Assembly (NCBI RefSeq): GCF_047275885.1 | Contig: NZ_CP178454.1 | Coordinates: 2,407,817 to 2,471,816 of the forward strand | Direction: 5' to 3' | Source: Anabaena azotica SJ-1 | Lineage (GTDB): Bacteria > Cyanobacteriota > Cyanobacteriia > Cyanobacteriales > Nostocaceae | Length of the DNA: 64,000 nt | In this document: positions 33,184 to 42,835 of the stretch, piece after piece | Position numbering within the stretch: position 1 is the stretch's first letter | How the letters are laid out: each line of letters begins with the position of its first letter | Translations under genes and position numbers: made by a program | The notes under the pieces: generated by a model | Seen by the model: the letters and a program-made list of their open reading frames with translations, nothing else | What the model was told of the DNA's origin: nothing | Database searches by the model: none

Positions 33184-35805
33184 ATGATCTCCCTGGCGAT
33201 GCTAACCAAGCAGTTTCGCCGCTTGTGCCAGCCCAGAAAAGGTTTAGCAATCACGTCCATGGGATATGCTAACGCCGAAGCTTGCATTATTGGCATAGTT
33301 GCTGCTTTATCTGCTGTTTTACTCAAACAAGGTTCAGGATGGTTAGGGACATGGCGAGTTCATAGTACCCACTTTTTACCAGCTTGGCTGACTTTACCGT
33401 TAATTGGTATGAGTTTTGGGTTTTTAGCTGGTTGGTTGGTGCAAAGATTAGCACCAGAAGCCGCTGGTAGTGGTATTCCTCAAGTTAAAGCCAGTCTTGC
33501 TAATATCCCGATCAAGTTATCCTGGCGGGTGGCAGGTATAAAATTACTCAGTACAATCATCTCCTTGGGTTCGGGTATAACGCTAGGAAGACAAGGACCC
33601 ACAGTTCAAATCGGTGCCAGTTTAGCTGCGGGAATGAGTCGCACTTTTCCCACTTCTCCAGAACATCGCCGACAAATGATTGCTGCGGGTGCAGGTGCAG
33701 GTTTATCGGCTGCTTTTAATGCCCCTATTGCGGGGGTCTTATTTATTATTGAAGAGTTACTACAAGATGTATCAGGACTAACTTTAGGAACTGCTATTAT
33801 CGCCTGTTTTATCGGTGGGGTAATTTCCCGGTTGTTAGGTGGTGGAAGTTTGCAATTAAATTTGCAATCAATGGAATATTTAAGTAGTTTTTCATTGCAG
33901 GAAATTCCGATTTTTTTCCTATTGGGTATTTTGGCTGGTCTACTAGGTGCAATATTTAATCGTGGTTTAATTTTTAGTGTTAAAACTTATCGCCGATTAC
34001 ATATAAGTTTACCGCTACGAGTGGCTTTAGCTGGTTTAATTTGTGGTTTAATTATCTCGGCTCTCCCTGAATATTACCGTGATAATACAGGTTTACGGGA
34101 GTATATGATTGCCAGTGAACCTAATCCCAGTTTTGCGGCAATTACTTTCATTGCTCAATTTATTTTAACTTTAATCGCCTTTGGTTCTGGATCACCTGGG
34201 GGATTATTTGCACCTAGTCTGATTTTAGGTTCTTGTTTAGGACACTTGGTAGGGGTTTGTGAGTTTCAAATTTGGGGTTTAGGTTCGCCTACTACCTATG
34301 CTTTAGCCGGAATGGGGGGATTTTTTAGTGCGGTTTCTAAAGTCCCAATTACAGCTATTGTAATTGTGTTTGAAATGACTACAGATTTCAATTTGGTGTT
34401 ACCTTTGATGATTGTTTCTGTAACATCATATTTAGTTGCTGATCAGGTAGTGCCTGGTTCACTGTATGACAAACTTTTACTATTAAATGGCATCAAAATT
34501 GAAAAAGATGCTACCAGAGAAGGTGTGTTAACTCAATTAACAGCCCAAGATGTGATGCAGGAACGGGTGGAAACTTTAGAAACACAGATGTCTGTTGAGG
34601 AAGTTATTCAAGCCTTTTCTCGTTCTCATCATCGGGGTTTTCCGGTGGTAGAAGAGTGTAAATTGGTAGGAATTGTCACCCAATCTGATTTACAGAAAAT
34701 ACCTGTGAGTCGAGATACGGTTTTAAAAGAAATCATGACACCTCAGCCTGTCACAGTTACACCTAAACAAACACTTAGTAATGTGCTGTATTTGCTGGAT
34801 CGTTATCAAATCAGCCGTTTACCAGTGGTGGAAAGACAAAAACTGGTGGGAATTATTACTCGTGCAGATATTATTCGGGCGGAAGCAGATCATCTGAATT
34901 GTGAAAATGGAGTTTCTGGACCCCAACCAGAACCTTCTTATGTAGTTTACCAAACGCGATCGCCTAGTATTGGGAGAGGGAGATTATTAGTTACGGTCGC
35001 AAATCCCGATACAGCGGAAACTCTTTTACAAATGGCTGCGACTATTGCTCGCGATCGCCATTATGAACTAGAGTGTTTACAAATTATCCTCGTCTCCCGT
35101 CATAGTTCCCCCTCTGAAACCCAAGTCAGCACTACAAAAAGTCGCCGTTTACTCAGACAAGCGGAAGCTTTAGCAAAAAAATGGCATATTCCCATCCATA
35201 CCCAGATTCGAGTCGCCCATGATGTCGCCCAGGCAATTTTAGAGACAATCAATGAACGACATATTGACCTGATTTTTATGGGTTGGAAAGGTAATACTTC
35301 TACTCCAGGACGTATTTTTGGTACTGTTGTAGATACTATAATTCGTCAAGCAGTCTGTGATGTTGTCTTAGTAAAATTTGGTAATATTTCTGACCCTAAC
35401 CATTTCAACCGTTGGTTAGTCCCCATGGCTGGAGGACCCAATGCACGCATGGCAATTAAATTATTACCGGCTTTAGTAACATTAGGAAATGATGCCCAAA
35501 TTCGTCTCACGCAAATATTTAAACCATCGGAATTAAAGCCAGATATGACAGTTTTAGAAGAATCCACTCGTCAACTAATGCGTCACCGTAACTTGCAAAG
35601 TACAGTTATTGCTGCACCAGTACAAGCAAATTCTGTTTGTGAAGGAGTAATTAATTTAGTACAAACAGAAGGCTATGATGTTGTAGTTTTGGGTGCTTCC
35701 CGTGAGGGATTATTACAACAAGCAATTCAAGGTAATATTCCCGAAACTATTGCTTCGGGTGTGGAAAGTACGGTGATTTTAGTTAGAGGAGAGATTCATT
35801 CATAA
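33184..35805 (+). CDS. ClC-family chloride channel fused to tandem CBS domains and UspA domains.
   Basis: ClC selectivity motifs GSGIP, GRQGP and GGLFAPSL, followed by two CBS domains and a C-terminal universal-stress-protein-like tandem. Confidence 0.85.
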   Translation: MISLAMLTKQFRRLCQPRKGLAITSMGYANAEACIIGIVAALSAVLLKQGSGWLGTWRVHSTHFLPAWLTLPLIGMSFGFLAGWLVQRLAPEAAGSGIPQVKASLANIPIKLSWRVAGIKLLSTIISLGSGITLGRQGPTVQIGASLAAGMSRTFPTSPEHRRQMIAAGAGAGLSAAFNAPIAGVLFIIEELLQDVSGLTLGTAIIACFIGGVISRLLGGGSLQLNLQSMEYLSSFSLQEIPIFFLLGILAGLLGAIFNRGLIFSVKTYRRLHISLPLRVALAGLICGLIISALPEYYRDNTGLREYMIASEPNPSFAAITFIAQFILTLIAFGSGSPGGLFAPSLILGSCLGHLVGVCEFQIWGLGSPTTYALAGMGGFFSAVSKVPITAIVIVFEMTTDFNLVLPLMIVSVTSYLVADQVVPGSLYDKLLLLNGIKIEKDATREGVLTQLTAQDVMQERVETLETQMSVEEVIQAFSRSHHRGFPVVEECKLVGIVTQSDLQKIPVSRDTVLKEIMTPQPVTVTPKQTLSNVLYLLDRYQISRLPVVERQKLVGIITRADIIRAEADHLNCENGVSGPQPEPSYVVYQTRSPSIGRGRLLVTVANPDTAETLLQMAATIARDRHYELECLQIILVSRHSSPSETQVSTTKSRRLLRQAEALAKKWHIPIHTQIRVAHDVAQAILETINERHIDLIFMGWKGNTSTPGRIFGTVVDTIIRQAVCDVVLVKFGNISDPNHFNRWLVPMAGGPNARMAIKLLPALVTLGNDAQIRLTQIFKPSELKPDMTVLEESTRQLMRHRNLQSTVIAAPVQANSVCEGVINLVQTEGYDVVVLGASREGLLQQAIQGNIPETIASGVESTVILVRGEIHS

Positions 35806-36568
35806 TTTGTAATTTGGAGCAAATTTATGACTGTAGAATAGAGTATTTATCTGACTTAATTAGGGCTTACTTAATAAAGCTACAACTTAGATATATCAAG
35901 AGTTTGAAGGGTTAAAAATGTGAATCAGGTGCAAGGAATAAGCGTTAAAACTGTTCATTTACCTATCACTTTTCCAGGTTCAAGATTATTCTTATCTTCT
36001 TCTAATTCTTCCTCCTGACTCCTGACTCCTGACTCCTGACTTCTAGCCCTAACGAAAATACTTTTTCTGCAAACCCTAATTAATAAATTTTCCGCAAAAG
36101 TTGGTTGCTACCAACAAGTACAAGCATCAACAACCCTAACTGGACTTGCCAAGGTGATAAAATCAAACACAAAATCACACTAATTGCTGTAAATACACCT
36201 GCAATATAGCCGATTTCATCATTTTTTTTGTTGAAAAAATAGCCAGTTATTAAACCCGTAAAGAGTGGAATCAGAAAAAATAGAGGCATTTTACCAAATC
36301 CTGAACTAACTGCCGATTGGTCGAATGAACTAATTTCAACCGATCTTGTGATAACAATTCCTGATTATACACTTAAGTAAGACTGATTTACAATAGTTTA
36401 TATAAAAAACAATCTCCCCAAATTATTTAATTTTTCGGAAAAATAGCATCAAAACCGCGTCTTTACTGGCGTAATCAATTTTTTCCTATTTCCTATTCCC
36501 CGCCGAAACAGATATGATAACTTGCAAACAGACATGATGTAAGTCACATTTTCAATCATATTCACCCA

Positions 36569-38728
36569 ATGTTGAACATTCCTCAACTACTAGCAACTGA
36601 ACTAGAACTTCAACCCAATCAGGTGCAAAACGCGCTGGAACTTTTAGCCGAGGGTGCGACAATTCCCTTTATTGCACGTTATCGCAAAGAACGCACTAAT
36701 GAGATGAATGAAGTGCAATTGCGAGATTTATCTGATAGGTATACATACTTAACAGAATTAGAAGAAAGGAAGAAGGCGATTTTAAATGCGATCGCCCAAC
36801 AAGGTAAACTCAGCGATGAACTCAAAGCTAAAATTACCTCCTGTCTGCAAAAAACAGAACTTGAGGATTTATACCTACCATACAAACCAAAACGCCGTAC
36901 CCGTGCTACCATCGCCAGAGAAAAAGGATTAGAACCTTTAGCAGCATTTATAAAATCATTAAATGTGAAAAATAGTGTAGCAGCCGACCTAGAAGCAGAA
37001 GCAGCAAAGTATGTTTCTGAAGAAAAAGCTGTAAAAACAGCAGAAGAAGCATTAAAAGGTGCATCAGACATCTTAGCAGAAGAAGTTGCCGAAAAAGCAG
37101 AATTACGGGCATATTTACGGGATTACTTGTTAGCAGAAGGTTTATTTGTTTCCCGCATCAAAGATGAACATCCAGAAGGGACAACCAAATTTGAAATGTA
37201 CCGCAATTATCAAATTAAAGTCAGAAATATTGCCCCTCATAATATGCTGGCATTATGTCGGGGAGAAGCAGAGAAAATATTAAGCTTTGAAATTGACTTT
37301 GATGAAGATTTCGTACTTTCATATTTAGAATCCCAAGAAATTAAAACCAAAGTTCGCGCAGTTAGAGATTTTTATCAGCCGATGTTAAAAGATGCCTTTA
37401 ACCGCTTGATGAAAACCTCCCTGATTGGAGAAGTAATTTCCGAAAAGAAAACCTATTCTGATATTGAATCCATCAAAACCTTTGAAGCAAATTTGCGGGA
37501 ATTATTGCTATCTGCACCAGCAGGAATGAAACCAACATTAGCCATAGATCCAGGTTTTAGAACCGGTTGTAAAGTAGCGGTACTAGAACAAACTGGCAAA
37601 TTCTTAGAATATCAAGCCGTATTCCCTCATCAAGCTGCTGAACAACGGAAAAAAGCAGCGCAAACCATCAAAAACTTAATTGAAAAATACCAGATAGAAT
37701 TAATCGCCATTGGTAACGGAACAGCTTCCCGTGAAACAGATGAATTTGTGACAGAAATATTAGCAACCTGTGAACGCAAACCAGTTAAAGTCATGGTAAA
37801 TGAATCTGGTGCTTCCATCTATTCTGCCAGCAAAGTAGCATTAGAAGAATTTCCCGAATTAGATGTTACAGTACGCGGTGCAATTAGCATTGGCCGTAGA
37901 TTACAAGATCCATTAGCAGAATTAGTAAAAATAGATCCCAAATCAATTGGAGTCGGACAATACCAGCACGACGTAGATCAAAAATTGCTGAAAAAGAAAT
38001 TAGATGAAACAGTAGAAAGCTGTGTAAATTTTGTTGGCGTAGATTTAAACACCGCTTCCAAAGAACTGCTAACATTTGTTTCAGGAATTACACCCACAGT
38101 TGCTAACAACATCATCGCCTATCGCAACCAAAATGGCGCTTTCAAAAATCGTCGTCAACTCTTAAAAGTAACAAAATTAGGACCAAAAGCATTTGAACAA
38201 GCAGCGGGTTTTTTGAGAATTAGAGATGGAGAAAACCCTTTAGATAACACCGCAGTACATCCAGAAACTTATCCAATTGTGCAATCTATAGCTACTGACT
38301 TAGGTGTACCATTAAACCAAGTTACACAAATTGCTGAAAAACTTAAAAAAACCAACTTAAAAAAATACGTCACCGACACCATAGGAGAACCAACACTGCG
38401 CGATATTCTCAACGAACTAGAAAAACCAGGAAGAGATCCCCGTGCAGAATTTAAGTATGCAACCTTCAAAGACGGAATCAAAGAAATTAGAGACTTAACC
38501 GTGGGAATGGAACTAGAAGGAATCATTACCAACGTTGCTAACTTTGGTGCATTTGTTGATATTGGTGTACATCAAGATGGGTTAGTACATATTTCCCAAC
38601 TAGCAGATAGATTTGTTGATGATCCTCAAAAAATAGTCAAAGTTGGACAAGTTGTAAAAGTTCAAGTTTTAGAAGTCAATGAAAAATTAAAACGCATTAG
38701 CTTATCAATGAAAGCAGTTAAACAATAG
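36569..38728 (+). CDS. tex: Transcription accessory protein Tex (S1-domain).
   Basis: The Tex N-terminal HTH (IARYRKERTNE), YqgF/RNase H-like and HhH regions, and a C-terminal S1 domain. Confidence 0.9.
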   Translation: MLNIPQLLATELELQPNQVQNALELLAEGATIPFIARYRKERTNEMNEVQLRDLSDRYTYLTELEERKKAILNAIAQQGKLSDELKAKITSCLQKTELEDLYLPYKPKRRTRATIAREKGLEPLAAFIKSLNVKNSVAADLEAEAAKYVSEEKAVKTAEEALKGASDILAEEVAEKAELRAYLRDYLLAEGLFVSRIKDEHPEGTTKFEMYRNYQIKVRNIAPHNMLALCRGEAEKILSFEIDFDEDFVLSYLESQEIKTKVRAVRDFYQPMLKDAFNRLMKTSLIGEVISEKKTYSDIESIKTFEANLRELLLSAPAGMKPTLAIDPGFRTGCKVAVLEQTGKFLEYQAVFPHQAAEQRKKAAQTIKNLIEKYQIELIAIGNGTASRETDEFVTEILATCERKPVKVMVNESGASIYSASKVALEEFPELDVTVRGAISIGRRLQDPLAELVKIDPKSIGVGQYQHDVDQKLLKKKLDETVESCVNFVGVDLNTASKELLTFVSGITPTVANNIIAYRNQNGAFKNRRQLLKVTKLGPKAFEQAAGFLRIRDGENPLDNTAVHPETYPIVQSIATDLGVPLNQVTQIAEKLKKTNLKKYVTDTIGEPTLRDILNELEKPGRDPRAEFKYATFKDGIKEIRDLTVGMELEGIITNVANFGAFVDIGVHQDGLVHISQLADRFVDDPQKIVKVGQVVKVQVLEVNEKLKRISLSMKAVKQ

Positions 38729-38733
38729 AATTT

Positions 38734-38857
38734 AGGACTAAAGCTGCGTGTCACACCAAAAATCTATTGTAGGGTGCGTCAGACTACATAAATCTAGTAA
38801 ATAAACAGATGTTTAACATCCGACACACCTTCCCAATGTGCCAGTTGCGTAAATCCT
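38734..38857. mobile_element. Second copy of the MITE family; diverged, with a 5 bp TSD, GAATT.
   Basis: Termini TAGGACTAAAGCTGCGTG ... CCAGTTGCGTAAATCCTG. The flanks are GAATT on both sides. It is inserted 5 bp after the tex stop. Confidence 0.7.
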
Positions 38858-38952
38858 GGAATTAAACCTCACGCAAAGACGCAGAGAAAAAATTTATTTC
38901 TCTTCTCTGTGAATCTGCGTGAAACAACATCAAAAATACATTCAAAATTGAT

Positions 38953-39282
38953 ATGACAGTTTATCAAGTTCGACTAATTAACAAAAAATTAGGATTAGAT
39001 CGTACCATTCAAGTACCAGATGATCAATATATCATCGACATAGCAGAAGAAACCGGTATCCGTTTACCATCTGGGTGTAAACAAGGGGAATGTTCAGCTT
39101 GTGTAGCTAAACTTATCAAAGGGGAAATAAATCAAAGTGAGCAAAAATTTCTCCGTCCCCATGAAATTGCTGCTGGTTATGTTATTACCTGTGTAACTTA
39201 TCCCTTATCCGATTGCGTCTTAGAAACTCACCAAGAACAACTCTTATATAAATCCTCCCTCTACTATAAACCTGAACACTAA
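38953..39282 (+). CDS. Plant-type [2Fe-2S] ferredoxin.
   Basis: Cys ligands in CKQGECSACVAKL and ...ITCVTYP; 109 aa. Confidence 0.85.
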   Translation: MTVYQVRLINKKLGLDRTIQVPDDQYIIDIAEETGIRLPSGCKQGECSACVAKLIKGEINQSEQKFLRPHEIAAGYVITCVTYPLSDCVLETHQEQLLYKSSLYYKPEH

Positions 39283-39407
39283 AAAATACTCCGCGTTCCT
39301 CTGCGTTAACCTCAGCGTTCCTCTGCGTTTCAAAAATCCTCCATTCGATATACCTCAATCCTATCTATCAATAGAGGTGAAAACTGTAATTTGAGTTAAA
39401 GATAGAG

Positions 39408-39818
39408 ATGGCAATTACAGAGGTAAAAATAATGTGGGTAACATTTTTAACTGCACTCGCTACAGCATTAAGCCTATTAATTGTAGATATCCTTTTTCCA
39501 GGGGTTGATATTGCTAATTTTCCCGCAGCTTTAATAGCGGCTTTAGTAATTGGTTTGATTAATAGTTCAGTTAAACCAGCTATTTCTACTCTATCTTTAC
39601 CATTGACATTTGTAACTTTAGGTGGATTTTCCTTAATAGTCAACGGAATTTGCTTTTGGTTAGCATCAGTTTTAGTTCCTGGGTTTAGAGTTGAAGGAAT
39701 TATCGCGTTTATTCTCGCTCCAGTTGTTTTATCTTTGGCAAATACATTTATCAGTAAATACTTTGCCGAAAAGAATATGGATTTACAAAGCAATACTAAT
39801 GTCAAAACTGAATCTTAA
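39408..39818 (+). CDS. Four-TM membrane protein of the phage holin 4 / DUF360 superfamily.
   Basis: Four hydrophobic helices and the overall size. The overlapping antisense ORF 39368..39805 was rejected. Confidence 0.5.
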   Translation: MAITEVKIMWVTFLTALATALSLLIVDILFPGVDIANFPAALIAALVIGLINSSVKPAISTLSLPLTFVTLGGFSLIVNGICFWLASVLVPGFRVEGIIAFILAPVVLSLANTFISKYFAEKNMDLQSNTNVKTES

Positions 39819-39917
39819 TTTGGTGATAGTCGTCAGATAAATCCTCAGAAGGAGTGAATTTTAAAATTTTCTCTCCACAATGTATGTAAGTAAATTTGAA
39901 GAAATAGCAATAATCCC

Positions 39918-40106
39918 ATGAAATTAACTCGTTTGCTACTGGCTTTATTCTTACCTCCAGTGGGTGTATTTCTCACAGTGGGTATTAGTCCAACTTTGAT
40001 AATTAACATTTTGCTGACTCTTCTGGGTTGGCTTCCTGGTAGTATTCATGCACTTTGGGTAATTACCAAACATGAAGAAAGGTTGAATAGAGGAGAAGGT
40101 TTCTAG
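39918..40106 (+). CDS. Pmp3/YqaE (UPF0057) proteolipid.
   Basis: LLALFLPPVGVFL...NILLTLLGWLPGSIHALWVI matches the Pmp3 family closely. Confidence 0.8.
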   Translation: MKLTRLLLALFLPPVGVFLTVGISPTLIINILLTLLGWLPGSIHALWVITKHEERLNRGEGF

Positions 40107-40344
40107 AAAACTTGAATCCTTGCTAGGCAAGGATTTAAGATCAAAAAAAAAGTGTTAATTTATCTATTGTTTGAATTTATAACTCAACTGCTAAAGCCAC
40201 TAAACCTTGCTTGTTAAATTGTTCGATATTGAGATATGGAGAGTATGAAAATATTGGCAATATTTAATCACTGTAAGCGTCCAAACTGAAATAGTCTGAA
40301 CGCTTTAATAATTAGGTTGCAGAATTATCTGCTATTTAGGTGAA

Positions 40345-40707
40345 CTAAGCAGGAATCATTTGCATTGATCTACAAGATTCTGCACATCTGCGACAAGCTG
40401 CTGCACATGCGCTCATTCTGCTGTCATCACTGATTGTTTCACAAGCTGCTGCACAGCGATCGCACATTTCTGCACAAAGAGTGCAAGTCCGTCCAATAAA
40501 CTCAGAACCGCCCATCATCATATTCATACACATCATGCACATTTCTGAGCAGTCGCGCATCATGCTCATAATTCCCATATCCATATACCTACCGCCTTTG
40601 CTGATACAGTAAGTCATGGTTTCTAAGCAGATTTTATGACATTCCATGCAAGCGTTGATGCAGGTTTGCATTTCGGTGGTCATGGATTCAGCCATCATCA
40701 TCATCAT
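40345..40707 (-). CDS. Cys- and Met-rich four-helix-bundle metal (copper) storage-like protein (Csp/DUF326-like).
   Basis: 17 Cys in 120 aa, in helical i/i+3-4 spacing (CINACMECHKIC, CTLCAEMCDRCAAAC, CAAACRRCAESC). Met clusters are also present (MMMMM, MCMMCMNMMM). Confidence 0.55.
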   Translation of the reverse strand: MMMMMAESMTTEMQTCINACMECHKICLETMTYCISKGGRYMDMGIMSMMRDCSEMCMMCMNMMMGGSEFIGRTCTLCAEMCDRCAAACETISDDSRMSACAAACRRCAESCRSMQMIPA

Positions 40708-41340
40708 AGTAAATACTCCTGTGTTTTGGATGAGTGTGTATAGTTCTAAACTGAAATTATGACAACATTAATTCCAACTTTTTTCTATGTAAATAGGACT
40801 TTTACCCTTGAATTTATCAACCTAGATAGCGATAAATTTACCAAATTCTAGCAATAAATTTATCAACTTTCACTGCTGTTTTGGCAGATTTTACTACTGA
40901 ATTTTAATGGTAAAATTTCGCTAAAAAAGCTTGATGATTCTAATTTATTAGCCTTTGCGTTGGATACATTAATGGTCAGTAATTTTTTGTTCAATCCTAA
41001 TACAATCTCGGCTTATAACAGTATTGATTAACTTAGATTAATGGCTTTTTTCCTTCTATCTTATGGCTGATTTTTAAAATAGAAAATAATTTATGGAGGG
41101 GTAGGATGGTATTATTTAAACTTTAATTTTTTTCTTGCTGTTACTTTTCGCATTAAACTATAAACATGAGCTTAATTGCATTATTTTTACAAACCAAGCA
41201 ATAACTTTTTATCAGTTAAGTGACTATTAATGATACAGTATGAATACTGTTATATCAAAACTTATGTCTTGTACCATTCGCCAGAGACTGGAGCAAGATG
41301 TTAGAAAAACAGCTATTGAAAGTCCTAAACCAGAATCATT

Positions 41341-41955
41341 ATGAAATCTCTGCACCGTCCTGATTTATATAGCTGGTCTTGTTTCAATCCAGCCAGAAAT
41401 ATTGATTTCAATGGCTTTGCTTGGATTCGTCCAGGGGGTAACATTTTGATTGACCCTGTAGCCTTATCAAACCATGATTGGAATCATTTGAAATCTCTTG
41501 GTGGTGTAGTTTGGATTGTGTTAACGAATTCAGATCATTTAAGGTCAGCTAAAGAAATTGCTAGTCAAACCTATGCAAAAATTGCTGGTCCGGCTGGAGA
41601 AAAGGATTATTTTCCGATTTTGTGCGATCGCTGGTTAAATGATGGTGAGGAGTTAGTACCAGGACTGAAGGTAGTTGAACTCCAAGGTTCTAAAACTCCT
41701 GGTGAGTTGGCTTTACTGTTGGAGGAAACTACTTTGATTACTGGGGATTTAGTGCGATCGCATTCCGCAGGTAGCTTGACCATCTTACCAGATGAAAAGT
41801 TAATGAATCGAGATCAAGCTGTGGCTTCGGTTCAGCGATTGGCTAGTTTGGAGAAAGTAGAAACAGTGCTGGTGGGTGATGGTTGGTCTGTGTTTCGAGA
41901 TGGGAGGATGCGTTTGCAGGAATTGGTGGAGACTGTGGCTATTACTAGCAAATGA
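41341..41955 (+). CDS. Metallo-beta-lactamase-fold protein.
   Basis: The MBL-like core (...VWIVLTNSDHLRSA...LITGDLV...) with a variant His motif. Confidence 0.45.
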   Translation: MKSLHRPDLYSWSCFNPARNIDFNGFAWIRPGGNILIDPVALSNHDWNHLKSLGGVVWIVLTNSDHLRSAKEIASQTYAKIAGPAGEKDYFPILCDRWLNDGEELVPGLKVVELQGSKTPGELALLLEETTLITGDLVRSHSAGSLTILPDEKLMNRDQAVASVQRLASLEKVETVLVGDGWSVFRDGRMRLQELVETVAITSK

Positions 41956-41974
41956 ACGCCAAATAAGCCTGTTC

Positions 41975-42823
41975 TCACCCTTTTACTACTGGTCCCAATT
42001 TAGCAATTTCATAACCATTAGGATAGGTGCGGGTGGGATGATCAATAAAGAAATCAGACTGATGTGGTGCGGGGAAAAACTGTAAAATTCTCGCTCTAAT
42101 TTTCAGCACAAATTCCACACTACGACATAATAATGGTGAAGGATGTTCAAATCCAAAAGCATCCAACATTGTATCATCCAATAAAGTATAAGTTATTGGT
42201 TTTAAAGGCTTCTCCATCCATTTAGGAAACCAACTGATAAACAAATCACGAGTTGATTCCCCAATTTTTTGATTATAATCAGAATATCTAAAGTTAGCTT
42301 TTTCATATTCTTGATTATATCGTTCAAATTCTTGGTATGTATCGGGGATATTTTTAATATCCATCAATTTACCAACTTGTCGCCAAAAATAAAAAGTTGC
42401 TAATTTTTCATTTTCACACATTAACCGCCAACCAAAACGTTGATTCCAGTGAATTGGTTCATAAATAAAAGTAGAAAGCACATACAAAAAATCAGCATTA
42501 TCTATTTGAAAACGCCGATGAATTGAATTCATTTTTTGTAATGCTTCTTGACCTCTTTCACTCTCAAAACCCCATTTAATAATCTCCGTTAACATGATCG
42601 ATGTATCATCATAACGTTTTTGGGGGCGATGGATGAATTCTCCGGTTTTATTCAGTAATTTAGAAATACTAGGAAGACAATAAGTTCGCATTAAAGCCAC
42701 TTCTAAAGACCGAATAGTATCCCAAGGAAATTCATATCCCAGCATCAAATGACAAATCTGCCAACAATCCTTTTCTGGATCAAGTTGCTGAATTAAATGT
42801 AGATTTTGGTAGCGGTTTAGCAT
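41975..42823 (-). CDS. Trp-rich hypothetical protein downstream of cupA; possibly a DUF2236/MpaB-like oxygenase.
   Basis: 282 aa ORF, 12 nt after the cupA stop and in the same frame. The family call is from weak motif memory. Confidence 0.35.
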   Translation of the reverse strand: MLNRYQNLHLIQQLDPEKDCWQICHLMLGYEFPWDTIRSLEVALMRTYCLPSISKLLNKTGEFIHRPQKRYDDTSIMLTEIIKWGFESERGQEALQKMNSIHRRFQIDNADFLYVLSTFIYEPIHWNQRFGWRLMCENEKLATFYFWRQVGKLMDIKNIPDTYQEFERYNQEYEKANFRYSDYNQKIGESTRDLFISWFPKWMEKPLKPITYTLLDDTMLDAFGFEHPSPLLCRSVEFVLKIRARILQFFPAPHQSDFFIDHPTRTYPNGYEIAKLGPVVKG

Positions 42824-42835
42824 TCACTCAATATC

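Noticed and set aside
39368-39805. 145 aa minus-strand ORF overlapping the holin-like gene.
   Set aside because: The plus-strand frame gives a coherent 4-TM protein. The minus-strand frame is low-complexity (K/T/A/I-rich) and is most likely an antisense artefact.
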